The position numbers and the translations under genes were made by a program. From a virus, in the UHGV virus genome UHGV-0170242: a DNA stretch of 64,000 bases. One strand, written 5' to 3'. Position 1 is the first letter of the stretch. The number at the start of each line of letters is the position of its first letter. Shown piece by piece: positions 18,316-27,914 of the stretch. The notes under the pieces were generated by a model. That model was not told where the DNA came from, made no database searches, and saw only the letters and a list, made by a program, of their open reading frames with translations.

Positions 18316-19229
18316 TATCCATTCAAGTGGCAGGTGTCGAAATACTTACTAATAAACCGAGGAAGCTGTATTTCTTTGTAGGTTCCGAATACGGTATAAA
18401 AGACGAGTACATTCGTATCCTTGCAGAGCACTACGGAGAAATCCTCTTAGTTGATACAGTAGATTCAGTATACACGCTGATGTCCCACAAGCGGCTGTTT
18501 CCGTTGAAACCTGCGGTGTATGTATGCAGGTATGACGACAGCTTCATCTCTAAGGTTGATCAGGCGTACGCAACGAAGTTATTGCAGTGTAATATAATAG
18601 GTACGCTTGTATGCATATACGAGCAACCTAAGCACGCAACCAAGCTCGACCGATTCTTTCCTGACAATACAGTAGCTATTGATAACGTTGCTCCTGATAT
18701 TCAGTTAAGTTATCTTTCCGGACGATGTCCATCCGTTCCTCAGCATGTTCAAGAAATAATAGTGTCTATGTCGTCATCATATGGGCAAGCTAAGCTGATA
18801 TGCAGCACGCTTGAAGCAGCAAAATGTGCTAAAGTGTTTCAGCTCAGTGATGCGGAACTTAGAGATGCTCTAGGCGATGCGGTTCAGTCTAACGAAAAGA
18901 TGCTCCGAAGAGGCATCGCGTCCAGGAACTTTAAGTACATAGTTAAGCTATTAGACGAATATGATGATTTGAATGGATTTTTGTACGCAATGCTTGGAAC
19001 ATTCGTGGAGTTGGACAAGTTGATGTATTCGCCTCGGTCGAATTCTGATATTGCTGAATTTGCTAATCGCTGGAATACGCATGATATCTACAGCATGTTC
19101 TGCAATACTTATTCAGCGTTATTGAAGAGTCGATCTGAGACGACCGACCTTCGATCTCGAATAATATATCTCATCAGCTTGATGCAATTCAATCCTATTC
19201 CTAACTTGGAGGTGTCGCATGAATTTTGA
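18312..19229 (+). CDS. Clamp loader delta (HolA)-like subunit
   Basis: KLYFFVGSEYGIKDEYI N-terminus; size and position between gamma and delta' genes. Confidence 0.65.
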   Translation: MISIQVAGVEILTNKPRKLYFFVGSEYGIKDEYIRILAEHYGEILLVDTVDSVYTLMSHKRLFPLKPAVYVCRYDDSFISKVDQAYATKLLQCNIIGTLVCIYEQPKHATKLDRFFPDNTVAIDNVAPDIQLSYLSGRCPSVPQHVQEIIVSMSSSYGQAKLICSTLEAAKCAKVFQLSDAELRDALGDAVQSNEKMLRRGIASRNFKYIVKLLDEYDDLNGFLYAMLGTFVELDKLMYSPRSNSDIAEFANRWNTHDIYSMFCNTYSALLKSRSETTDLRSRIIYLISLMQFNPIPNLEVSHEF

Positions 19230-20022
19230 TTGTCAATCTATTTCACTTGACATTATAGCTAAACTTGCCGATAGGCAGGCACCCAGCATACTTATAGTAG
19301 GACCGGAAGGCTGTGGAAAGAGTTACTTAGCTCGTCAGTTTGCAATCAAATCAGGCATTGCCGATTTTGCGTTTGTTGAGCCCACTGTAGCAAGTATACG
19401 AGAAATTTCGGAGCTGTGCTCGGAGATAACAACGCCAATAGTAATCTGCATTGAAAACCTGGATACAGGTGTATCTGCAGCGTCATATACACTGCTCAAA
19501 TTTCTGGAAGAGCCTCGAAAAAATGTGCATGTAGTTGTAACTGCACGAAACATAACGCTGCTTCCAGACACTATTCCGTCACGATGTGTTACAGTATGGA
19601 TGTCGCAGCCTACAGAGCGCGATCTGCTGGATTACGCTCGAATATCGGCGCCAGCCACGAAGCTTCAATCAATATTAGATTCAGCTGTGTTTAAAGCCTG
19701 TAGAGGCTTCACAGACGTGACCAAGCTGTTGAATCTAACAAATGATCAGCTAGCGTATCTTATCCGAATACCGACACTGATCACAGCAAAGGAATCTCTG
19801 TCGGCAGTTGTGTGGAAACTAACACATTACGCGGATAATTCACCACTCGACTCAATGTTTGCGTTGAAGTGCATTGCAGCAGCTTATGATGGCGCAGTTC
19901 GAAGATTCTGCATAAATGCAATAACTGATATCCAATCTGGACGGGTATCAGCTCACACCGCAATCGCTAAGTTCATATTTGATTGCAGGTACGCAAATGA
20001 TTTAGAAATGATAAGGAGGTAG
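19219..20022 (+). CDS. Clamp loader delta' (HolB)-like subunit
   Basis: GPEGCGKS, LLKFLEEP, LLPDTIPSRC. Confidence 0.8.
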   Translation: MNFDCQSISLDIIAKLADRQAPSILIVGPEGCGKSYLARQFAIKSGIADFAFVEPTVASIREISELCSEITTPIVICIENLDTGVSAASYTLLKFLEEPRKNVHVVVTARNITLLPDTIPSRCVTVWMSQPTERDLLDYARISAPATKLQSILDSAVFKACRGFTDVTKLLNLTNDQLAYLIRIPTLITAKESLSAVVWKLTHYADNSPLDSMFALKCIAAAYDGAVRRFCINAITDIQSGRVSAHTAIAKFIFDCRYANDLEMIRR

Positions 20023-20024
20023 TA

Positions 20025-20990
20025 ATGGAGAAATATGTATTTTCAGGCTCTCTTAGTAATACAATGCATGATATGTTAGCAGCTAATCCCAAGTTTGAGC
20101 CGCTGGACATTCTAATATCGCAGTTAGATCGGAGTGCCATAAAACAGACTATCGAATGGAAGCGTCAGGGATTCTGTCGATGGCTATTCATAGATAGCGG
20201 TGCATTCAGTGTTCATACAGGTAGAGCAAAATGTACGGTTGATGAGTACATCGCATATCTCAACAGCATAGATGATGATATCGATGTGTTTGCACAGCTG
20301 GATACAATTCCCGGTCAGTTCGGCAAGCCGAAGACTCCTGAGGATTATGCAGAATCCGCTCGCAAGTCTTGGGAGAATTATCTGTACATGCGTGAGCGAG
20401 TCAAGAGCCCCCATAAGCTGATGCCTGTTTTCCACTTCGGTGAGTCATTCGACGCACTGAAGAACATGCTTGAATGGAAGGATGAGAAAGGCGAGCATCT
20501 CGATTATATTGGGCTAAGCCCTGCAAATGATGCTCCGGTATATCTCAAAAACATTTATCTGCGCAACTGTGCAAACATAATAGCGGCATCGTCTAATCCG
20601 CACGTGAAAACACATCTTTATGGATACACCTCGTTAGAAGGATTGAGCAAATTGCCTTGTTACAGTGCTGATAGTATAAGCCATAGGCTTATCAGTGGCT
20701 ATGCGAAGATTTTATCTCGCAATTTTGGTGTTATTTCGGTATCTAAACGTGCAAGAACAGCCTCGTCTAAATCAAATCTTAGCTTTATTGAAACGGCAGA
20801 CGAATACAATCTGGCTATATTGGAGCAAGAGCTTGCCGATTTGGGATTTACTCTTGAAGAAGTTCAGGAATCGTCCTCTGCACGTGTTGTAGTCAACATG
20901 CTGAATATTCAGTATTTAATAAACCATGATTACAAGTATGACGAAAACAAGCAGAAGAGACCGAAGAAGTTGTTTAATTTGCCTAAGTGA
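20025..20990 (+). CDS. TGT/DpdA-like guanine transglycosylase
   Basis: FIDSGAFS, QLDTIPG, PVFHFGE, THLYG, SADS TIM-barrel motifs of the TGT family. Confidence 0.75.
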   Translation: MEKYVFSGSLSNTMHDMLAANPKFEPLDILISQLDRSAIKQTIEWKRQGFCRWLFIDSGAFSVHTGRAKCTVDEYIAYLNSIDDDIDVFAQLDTIPGQFGKPKTPEDYAESARKSWENYLYMRERVKSPHKLMPVFHFGESFDALKNMLEWKDEKGEHLDYIGLSPANDAPVYLKNIYLRNCANIIAASSNPHVKTHLYGYTSLEGLSKLPCYSADSISHRLISGYAKILSRNFGVISVSKRARTASSKSNLSFIETADEYNLAILEQELADLGFTLEEVQESSSARVVVNMLNIQYLINHDYKYDENKQKRPKKLFNLPK

Positions 20991-21032
20991 CAGAACCTTG
21001 TATTAAATTGAATAACAGTTTACGAGGTTAAT

Positions 21033-22115
21033 ATGAAAATACTTTCAGCCGCACTTGAGCGCTACAATGCAAATACACGGAACTCGAATGTTAGCGACTG
21101 CGTTAAACGGTCGCTTTCTGTTGCGTTTAGTACCGACTACGATGAAGTGTCTAGAGAGCTGAATAAGATAAAGCGCGATACAGGAGGGAGCGCATACAAT
21201 GATCTACGTGTTGTTGATCAGTTCTTACGCCGCAGAAATATTACAACCTGGACTGTGATAAATGCAGGAGAGCGGCCTACAGTTGACGTATTTGCGGATG
21301 AACATTCTGTAGGTACATTTCTACTTCTATCGGGCCACCCAAAGGAAGCGCAGTTCGCAGGAACAACTAATCACATGATATGTATAGTAGATGGCGTTAT
21401 TTATGACAGCTGGGACTCACGAAATGAGATTGTAGTTAGATATGTGAAAGTTGATTCCAGCGCATCTACTTATAACATCGATACTTTAGATGAATGGATT
21501 GACGAAATATATCGATATGTTGAAGCGTATGTATCTAAATTAGACGCACAGTGCAAACCGTATCTGGATGTATTTTCGGAATTTGGTAGTAATGAACGTA
21601 CTGACAAATATACGTACCAAATGTATTTAGGGATTAAGGTGCTTCGTGGTACCGAAGGTCCGCAACGCGATCGAGGTACTCCGTATTACAGAACTGGCGA
21701 TATATTGAGCCACAGAACTGTGATTAAATGGAACCCACGTATTGATCCTGAAGCTAATTTAGTGAATATCGTTAAGAAAAGTAAGCAGAAAATCTATGAT
21801 TGGGTATACATGATCCGTAAAGATTTGAAAGATCATTATGATTCGCTGTCAACGGAAACGAATATTCAATATCGTGGATCCAAATCTAAACTGATGACTT
21901 TTCCAGAATGGGTCCGTCCTTTGATAACTTACTACCGCGATAACGGAAATCCTGAGTATGAAGATAAATATGCGGTATATATCGACGCTCTTCCCGATGA
22001 TCCGCGTGCGGATTCGTCGCCGGAAGTCTATTTCAGGGGAGATACTTTAAGAGAAATCAAAGATCAGATAGCAGACTACAAAGATAGATTTCTTCGACCT
22101 GATTACGATTATTAA
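21033..22115 (+). CDS. Hypothetical protein with N-terminal Cys-His-Asp peptidase-like domain
   Basis: DCVKRSLSVA...HMICIVDGVIYDSWDS; AACCTTGTAT motif at 20994. Confidence 0.55.
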   Translation: MKILSAALERYNANTRNSNVSDCVKRSLSVAFSTDYDEVSRELNKIKRDTGGSAYNDLRVVDQFLRRRNITTWTVINAGERPTVDVFADEHSVGTFLLLSGHPKEAQFAGTTNHMICIVDGVIYDSWDSRNEIVVRYVKVDSSASTYNIDTLDEWIDEIYRYVEAYVSKLDAQCKPYLDVFSEFGSNERTDKYTYQMYLGIKVLRGTEGPQRDRGTPYYRTGDILSHRTVIKWNPRIDPEANLVNIVKKSKQKIYDWVYMIRKDLKDHYDSLSTETNIQYRGSKSKLMTFPEWVRPLITYYRDNGNPEYEDKYAVYIDALPDDPRADSSPEVYFRGDTLREIKDQIADYKDRFLRPDYDY

Positions 22116-22159
22116 CTAGAACCTTTTATATGTGTGAATCCAAATGGAGGTACACCTAA

Positions 22160-22375
22160 ATGAGTGTGATTGATATACAGAAAGCGGCGGTACTTGAATC
22201 CACACGACAGGCAGCAGCCGCAGGTGAGCTTTATCATGTTTACACCGGTGAGCTGTATCACGATACAATCGCTGCCTTGGAAGCTAAAAATGTAGTAGTT
22301 GTGCCAAATGTCTGCGCAGCCGATTCGACTAAACAATTTGTGTTTTACGAAATTAAAAATTTACTAGAACCATGA
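22160..22375 (+). CDS. Hypothetical protein
   Basis: GGAGG RBS, AACCTTTTAT motif at 22120. Confidence 0.6.
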   Translation: MSVIDIQKAAVLESTRQAAAAGELYHVYTGELYHDTIAALEAKNVVVVPNVCAADSTKQFVFYEIKNLLEP

Positions 22376-22734
22376 TTACTCCAGTATTTAGTGTTAACGC
22401 CTACCTAACCGGAACAGTAACAACGGTATTCAATCTTCAAGATGTGGAGTCCGTCCTATGGATACGAATTCCTGAGCATTTGACACATCTTGAGATATAT
22501 GAGGTAGTAGATGCATTCGGAAAGTCTATGGTCTGGCAGCGCTGCGGACACGAATCATGGTTTAAAATTCCAAAGGACGAGCTTAATCTGTCCACAGGGA
22601 CGCATCAGTATCAAGCTAAACTAGTTGATCCAGTTTCGGACTGGACAACACACATTTATTTTTCGTATGTGATCCAAAATGATAATCCCAGTAAGCCCTA
22701 CTATTATATGGGCAATGAAAGAGAGGAGGAGTAA
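22372..22734 (+). CDS. Hypothetical protein
   Basis: 120-aa ORF coupled to upstream stop. Confidence 0.6.
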   Translation: MITPVFSVNAYLTGTVTTVFNLQDVESVLWIRIPEHLTHLEIYEVVDAFGKSMVWQRCGHESWFKIPKDELNLSTGTHQYQAKLVDPVSDWTTHIYFSYVIQNDNPSKPYYYMGNEREEE

Positions 22735-22737
22735 TCA

Positions 22738-23421
22738 GTGAAATTTGAAGATATAGTCCTATCGTCATTTGTTTATTCTGGATCTTCTCGCAAGTTAGCA
22801 ATACTAGCTGCAGCTAATAATCCAATAAACACAGAATTAGTTACACAGCTAGTTGGGTATCTGGATGAAGAATATCTTAAACCAAAAGAAGAAGCAGCAC
22901 CTATCAAGCCTGCAGAATCTAGAGCAAAGCACGCTGCGGATAAGCCCGATTCTAAATCAACAGCTTCGCAGCCCAAATCTAGTAGATCTTCGTTTTCTAT
23001 CCGAGACGATTCTCGAAGTTTAGCGTCGATGTTTGGCGATGACGTAGACGAGTCAGAACCAGAACCCGAACCCGAACCAGAACCCGAACCCGAACCAGAA
23101 CCAGAACCCGAACCTACTGTTGACGACAAAACTTCAACAGAGCCCGTCGAACCTGAGTCCGAAGTCGAATCATCGACTCAAATTCCTGATACATTTGAAA
23201 GTATAAATGCATCTGCAGCAGCCGCATTGAATGCATTTGATGCTACTGCCGGAGTCAGGTCGACAAAGGTCCAAGGTAATGAACTCTGGATATATTACAA
23301 GGACGATGTTAATCTAAATAGTGTAATGGAGTCAGTAATAGATTCAATGCCAAATAGCATCGTGGAGTTTAATCGTCTAGCTCGATCGCATAACGCAATA
23401 GTATTTACGCAGCGAGGTTGA
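22738..23421 (+). CDS. Hypothetical protein with acidic (EP)n linker
   Basis: GAGGAG RBS; GAACC(A/C) hexamer repeat 23056-23115. Confidence 0.65.
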   Translation: MKFEDIVLSSFVYSGSSRKLAILAAANNPINTELVTQLVGYLDEEYLKPKEEAAPIKPAESRAKHAADKPDSKSTASQPKSSRSSFSIRDDSRSLASMFGDDVDESEPEPEPEPEPEPEPEPEPEPTVDDKTSTEPVEPESEVESSTQIPDTFESINASAAAALNAFDATAGVRSTKVQGNELWIYYKDDVNLNSVMESVIDSMPNSIVEFNRLARSHNAIVFTQRG

Positions 23422-23750
23422 CCATGAACGGTGAGCATAGAAAACTTTTAACAGAAACAAATAAGCTCAAAATTGCTTATACACGTATGTATTCAGTCTT
23501 AAGCGATTACATCTGGGATTTTGACATTGTAGCTGCATTAGTAGAGGTTGAGGTAGAGACCTACAGGTTATTCCCTGATCTGGAGCTGCTACGAAACAAT
23601 ATTCGAACTCTCCGAATGCTTGTCCGTCAGGTAGTCAATCGCAAAGATGATAATAGAATACTCAGCGCAATTGATACGTTCAGCAAGGCGGTCAATGACG
23701 TTGAAGAAGTATATGTTAAGATAGATTACCCGAAAGAGGTGTTAGTATGA
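23418..23750 (+). CDS. Hypothetical protein
   Basis: 110-aa ORF in coupled operon. Confidence 0.6.
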   Translation: MTMNGEHRKLLTETNKLKIAYTRMYSVLSDYIWDFDIVAALVEVEVETYRLFPDLELLRNNIRTLRMLVRQVVNRKDDNRILSAIDTFSKAVNDVEEVYVKIDYPKEVLV

Positions 23751-23935
23751 AAATAACTAAGAATAGCACTGAACGCAAAGGACCTTCAAATCTTTCTAAG
23801 GCACTGGATCATGTTAAGTGCGCGATAGATTTGTTAGGTCCGTCGGCTAAGACCGATGCTGTTGCAAAGGAAGCACTTATCAATTTAGGTGTTATCGCAG
23901 TCGAATTGAATTCAACTAATTCGCCTCGGAGGTGA
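23747..23935 (+). CDS. Hypothetical protein
   Basis: GAGGTG RBS, coupled. Confidence 0.55.
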   Translation: MKITKNSTERKGPSNLSKALDHVKCAIDLLGPSAKTDAVAKEALINLGVIAVELNSTNSPRR

Positions 23936-23940
23936 ATTAG

Positions 23941-24438
23941 ATGCAAGACCTCAAAACCGTTGAGGGATCTACAATTATAACTACCACAGATCCACTATCA
24001 GCGAAACAACATGAGGGCGTAGCGAAAATGCGTACGTCCTTATTAGCATGTTCGGAACCTGAGTTAGTTCCAGCCACAATAAAACAAATCACAACGCAGC
24101 GCATTATTCATCAGATAGCTCGCATCATTCGTTACATTGACATGATGGACAAGATCGAGGATGCGTTGTACGCTTCGATTGATCGGACACTGGAAAATAT
24201 AGATAGTACGCCCGGGCCTATGGCCATGGCCACTTTACTTACATTACAAGAACGGCTTCAAACTAATATGATTAACAGTCATAAAATTCTTGAGCCATAT
24301 TTGACTATTGTTGATCAAGTCGACATGATGCCGGAAGAGATTGAACCTGATGAGATCTATGATCGACCTACGCGTGATAAAGTGCGAAGCGCAGCTCAAC
24401 TACTTTTAGCCGAGCTTGGAGTTAACGAGAATGAATGA
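23941..24438 (+). CDS. Putative terminase small subunit
   Basis: Helical 165-aa protein immediately upstream of TerL; position only. Confidence 0.4.
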   Translation: MQDLKTVEGSTIITTTDPLSAKQHEGVAKMRTSLLACSEPELVPATIKQITTQRIIHQIARIIRYIDMMDKIEDALYASIDRTLENIDSTPGPMAMATLLTLQERLQTNMINSHKILEPYLTIVDQVDMMPEEIEPDEIYDRPTRDKVRSAAQLLLAELGVNENE

Positions 24439-26329
24439 AGATCTTGTAACTCGAATTAAAGACATATTCAGCTCGGTGTCAAAGGATGAACAACAGATAC
24501 TGAAGCAGATTCTTGTTGAGCTTGCCGAAACTGGAGAGTCTCGAACATACAATGATATTTGGTTATCTGATTATAAAGAAATTCCGGTCAGCAAACGACG
24601 TTTTCTTACAGACCCTCAGTACTTAGGTGCATCAAATAACAATGGGCAATCTATCTATCCAGCTTGGATGGAAGTGATGGAAGAATTAGAGCGGACAGGT
24701 AATCAATATTATGAAATTGTTTTCACTGGAGCAACTCGAACAGGAAAGACCAGTACTGCGGTTTCAGATTGTGCTTACAATCTATATAAGCTGATGTGTT
24801 TACGAAATCCTCAAGAGTACTTCAGTTTGAAAGCTGTTACAACAATTCAAATATTTTTCTTCAACATCACTCAAACGCTTGCAAAGGGGGTAGCATATCG
24901 AGAGTTCAATTCAACATTAGCTACTTCGGAGTGGTTCATGTCACACGGACATATGTCTAAGAGTGAGGAGTATCCTGCGTATGTGCCAGAAGGCGGTCTG
25001 ATAAAGATAAGTTATGGTTCGGAAGCATCACACGCACTCGGAATGGCCTGCTTTGCAGTTGTCTTCGACGAATGTAATTTTGCGATAGCAGGTATCAAAG
25101 ATGTAAATAAGGCCAAAGAGCGCATGAAGGCAAAGTACGATACACTTGTCGCTCGTGTAACTGGTACGTTTGTCAAAAATGGCGAAGTGTTTGGTAAGTT
25201 ATATGTCATAAGTTCGAAAAACAGTGATTCCGATTTCATGGAAGAATATGTTCAGACTCAGAAAGCTGTAGGCAACGAGCACATGTATGTGTTTGATAAA
25301 CCTCAGTGGGAAGTATGGCCAGCTTCTAAGTATTCGTCGGATAAGAAGTTCAAGGTAGCTCTCGGCGGTAAGCATACTCGTAGTTTTGTTATTCCGGACA
25401 ATGATGACAATGAACAAGCCATAGCAGACCTCAGGGCGCAGGGATACGGGATACTCGAAGTCCCCGAAGACAACAAGAAGCGATTCTTAGCAGATATAGA
25501 TATTGCGTTGCGAGACATAGCAGGAGTTACTGTTCCGGGTCAGCTTTCGTTTATCACACAAGATCAAATTGATAGATGTATCGGAGACAGACGGAATCCG
25601 TTCTATTCAGATATCATAACTGTAGGAACTAATGACAACTTGACCATCGAAGAATTCTTCCACCTGAATGAAATAGATCCTAGGCTCAAAAGCGCTCCTA
25701 ATTTTATCCATCTGGACTTATCCCTTAATACAGACCGAACTGGTATTTCGATGGTTTGCGTATCCGGTGTTAAGGACATTACCAATGCAGACGGTAAGGT
25801 AACTGCGTTACCGAATCTTATTCATATCTTCAGCGTAGCTCTGCAAGCTCCAAGAGGATCTAACATTGCTTATGATAAGGTGATGTCATTTATAGTGTGG
25901 CTTCGTCGGCAAGGATTCAATATTGCAGGAATCAGCCGAGATCAGTTCCAGAGTGAATATCTAGGCCAGCTGCTTGCATCGAAAGGGTTCAAAGAATCCA
26001 AGATATCGCTTGATAGAACTCCTGACGGATATCTTGCTCTACGGTCTGTATTGACCGAACAGCGAATTGACTTGCTGCATGTGGAGCTGCTTGAAAACGA
26101 GCTTATTCATCTTCAGCGGGATGCAATGACCGGACGCGTAGATCACACTGCGAGCTCCAGCAAAGACTGCAGTGATTCACTTGCAGGTGCGGTGTGGAAT
26201 GCAGTACAGCAGAATCCTGGAGTTACGGTGCACGCAAAAACAGTTGCAAGCATAATTGCAGCTGTGAACAAATCAAAGACAACTAATCCGATGTCACTTT
26301 CACCTTTTATGTATACGAAGGTGAAATAG
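24431..26329 (+). CDS. terL: Terminase large subunit
   Basis: GATRTGKT Walker A, VVFDE Walker B, IHLDLS, RDQFQS and KDCSDSLAG nuclease motifs. Confidence 0.92.
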   Translation: MNEDLVTRIKDIFSSVSKDEQQILKQILVELAETGESRTYNDIWLSDYKEIPVSKRRFLTDPQYLGASNNNGQSIYPAWMEVMEELERTGNQYYEIVFTGATRTGKTSTAVSDCAYNLYKLMCLRNPQEYFSLKAVTTIQIFFFNITQTLAKGVAYREFNSTLATSEWFMSHGHMSKSEEYPAYVPEGGLIKISYGSEASHALGMACFAVVFDECNFAIAGIKDVNKAKERMKAKYDTLVARVTGTFVKNGEVFGKLYVISSKNSDSDFMEEYVQTQKAVGNEHMYVFDKPQWEVWPASKYSSDKKFKVALGGKHTRSFVIPDNDDNEQAIADLRAQGYGILEVPEDNKKRFLADIDIALRDIAGVTVPGQLSFITQDQIDRCIGDRRNPFYSDIITVGTNDNLTIEEFFHLNEIDPRLKSAPNFIHLDLSLNTDRTGISMVCVSGVKDITNADGKVTALPNLIHIFSVALQAPRGSNIAYDKVMSFIVWLRRQGFNIAGISRDQFQSEYLGQLLASKGFKESKISLDRTPDGYLALRSVLTEQRIDLLHVELLENELIHLQRDAMTGRVDHTASSSKDCSDSLAGAVWNAVQQNPGVTVHAKTVASIIAAVNKSKTTNPMSLSPFMYTKVK

Positions 26330-26360
26330 ACCGTATTTCAAAGTAAAGGAGAAATAAACA

Positions 26361-27914
26361 ATGAATGTAAGAAACTTTCTTGCACCAGGTGATTTCGTCA
26401 TAACAGTTCCTGTAGGGTTGAATATCACGTTGCAGTATGACGAAAAAGGCAACATACAGAAGTTACTGATGGGGTTAGATCCCAGCGGGGCTGAACTACC
26501 TGAGGAGCTGCTGAATGAAGTACTCCTCGCAGGGATAGTGCCGAGAACAATACCGATCGTCCAAGGGACTACATGGATATCCGGAATATTTACCCGCAGT
26601 GGAATACTGTCTACTAAGAGCGGAAAGATACCGGATGATATAATTGAAGACATTTCAGTCGATTTGCTAGAGAACCCCTGCGAATTCACATTCTATGCTG
26701 CTTCAGTTGAAAGCAATTCTATGAAGTTTACTGGCGGGCTATCTTCGCAGAAATGGCTACAGTCTACGGGGTTTGAAATACTCCCTAACTATGTTATTCC
26801 TGCGACATTGACGGATAATCAGTGGGCTAAGATGATTGCTTCCGTTGATTTTGTGATAGCCGGATTGCTAGTTATGCATCAATGGAAATGGACGTATGTG
26901 TCATTCGAGCTTCAACAGCATACTGTGGCGTCAGTATCAAAGCAATTTGACGACGCAGGATATCTCAACGGCGTAATATCGTTCACCTCAGGAGATCGAC
27001 TCAGTGTAGATTACATTAACATAGTAAATTACAATGTCCAACCAAACTCAGTCGTCGTTCATGATTCGATGGACTTGGTCAAGATATATCCAGCGACCGA
27101 TAAGGTCAGAGAGCCTAGGTCTGCACGAGTTGAGTGCCCTATGTGCGGATCCGTAATAAGCGTAATTGCTGAAATGACTCCGTGCTCTAATCCATACTGC
27201 CCATCTAATTTTTATCAACATACTCAGCATTTCTTATCGGTGCTGGGATTGCCGGTTCTGTCAAGGAATCGATACATTGAAGCGTTTAAAGGCGTACATG
27301 AGTTAAAGTTCACTGATGTATTGAAGCTTCCGGAATATGTGAATCAGAAGATATCAGCTACTCCTTATCAACTCATACGAGCTGCAGTGCCTCTTACCAT
27401 TGTTCGAGCTGACCGAGCAATTGAAGAGCTGTGTAGCAGATGTAACAATACTATCCAGTCAATTCAGTACTATATTCGACATATCGATACTGCAGACGTA
27501 GGCATTGGATTGTCGTTGAACTCTAAACACGCGTTGATGCCGTTAGCTGAACATTCGTTACTACTAGACGTAATAGACAGTATGTTTCATCATCCTAATG
27601 TTGCAATTCAGATAGTGAATGTTAAATTTGATGGCCCTCAAATATTCCGAGGAAGCAAAATTGGTATCACTGGCACATTTCGGCATGGGTCGCATTCCGA
27701 GATGAAAGCAATATTACGGAGTTATGGTGCAGATGTTGTTGTTGACTCTGCTGATGTTGGATGTTTAATCACGGGCGATATACTAGAAGAGTTCAATGGT
27801 CAGGTTATTCGTGATGCAAAGTACAATCACATCCCGGTATTTACCGAAACAGAATTTTTTAGCAGATATGAAATAGACGAAGACCTTCAGCTTCAACAAG
27901 GAGGATTAGTATGA
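26361..27914 (+). CDS. NAD-dependent DNA ligase-like protein lacking the KxDG motif
   Basis: GLNITLQYDEKG adenylation-domain strand, CPMCGS..CSNPYCP zinc finger, C-terminal BRCT (GITGTF...LRSYGA...LITGD...AK...IPVFTETEF). Confidence 0.7.
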   Translation: MNVRNFLAPGDFVITVPVGLNITLQYDEKGNIQKLLMGLDPSGAELPEELLNEVLLAGIVPRTIPIVQGTTWISGIFTRSGILSTKSGKIPDDIIEDISVDLLENPCEFTFYAASVESNSMKFTGGLSSQKWLQSTGFEILPNYVIPATLTDNQWAKMIASVDFVIAGLLVMHQWKWTYVSFELQQHTVASVSKQFDDAGYLNGVISFTSGDRLSVDYINIVNYNVQPNSVVVHDSMDLVKIYPATDKVREPRSARVECPMCGSVISVIAEMTPCSNPYCPSNFYQHTQHFLSVLGLPVLSRNRYIEAFKGVHELKFTDVLKLPEYVNQKISATPYQLIRAAVPLTIVRADRAIEELCSRCNNTIQSIQYYIRHIDTADVGIGLSLNSKHALMPLAEHSLLLDVIDSMFHHPNVAIQIVNVKFDGPQIFRGSKIGITGTFRHGSHSEMKAILRSYGADVVVDSADVGCLITGDILEEFNGQVIRDAKYNHIPVFTETEFFSRYEIDEDLQLQQGGLV

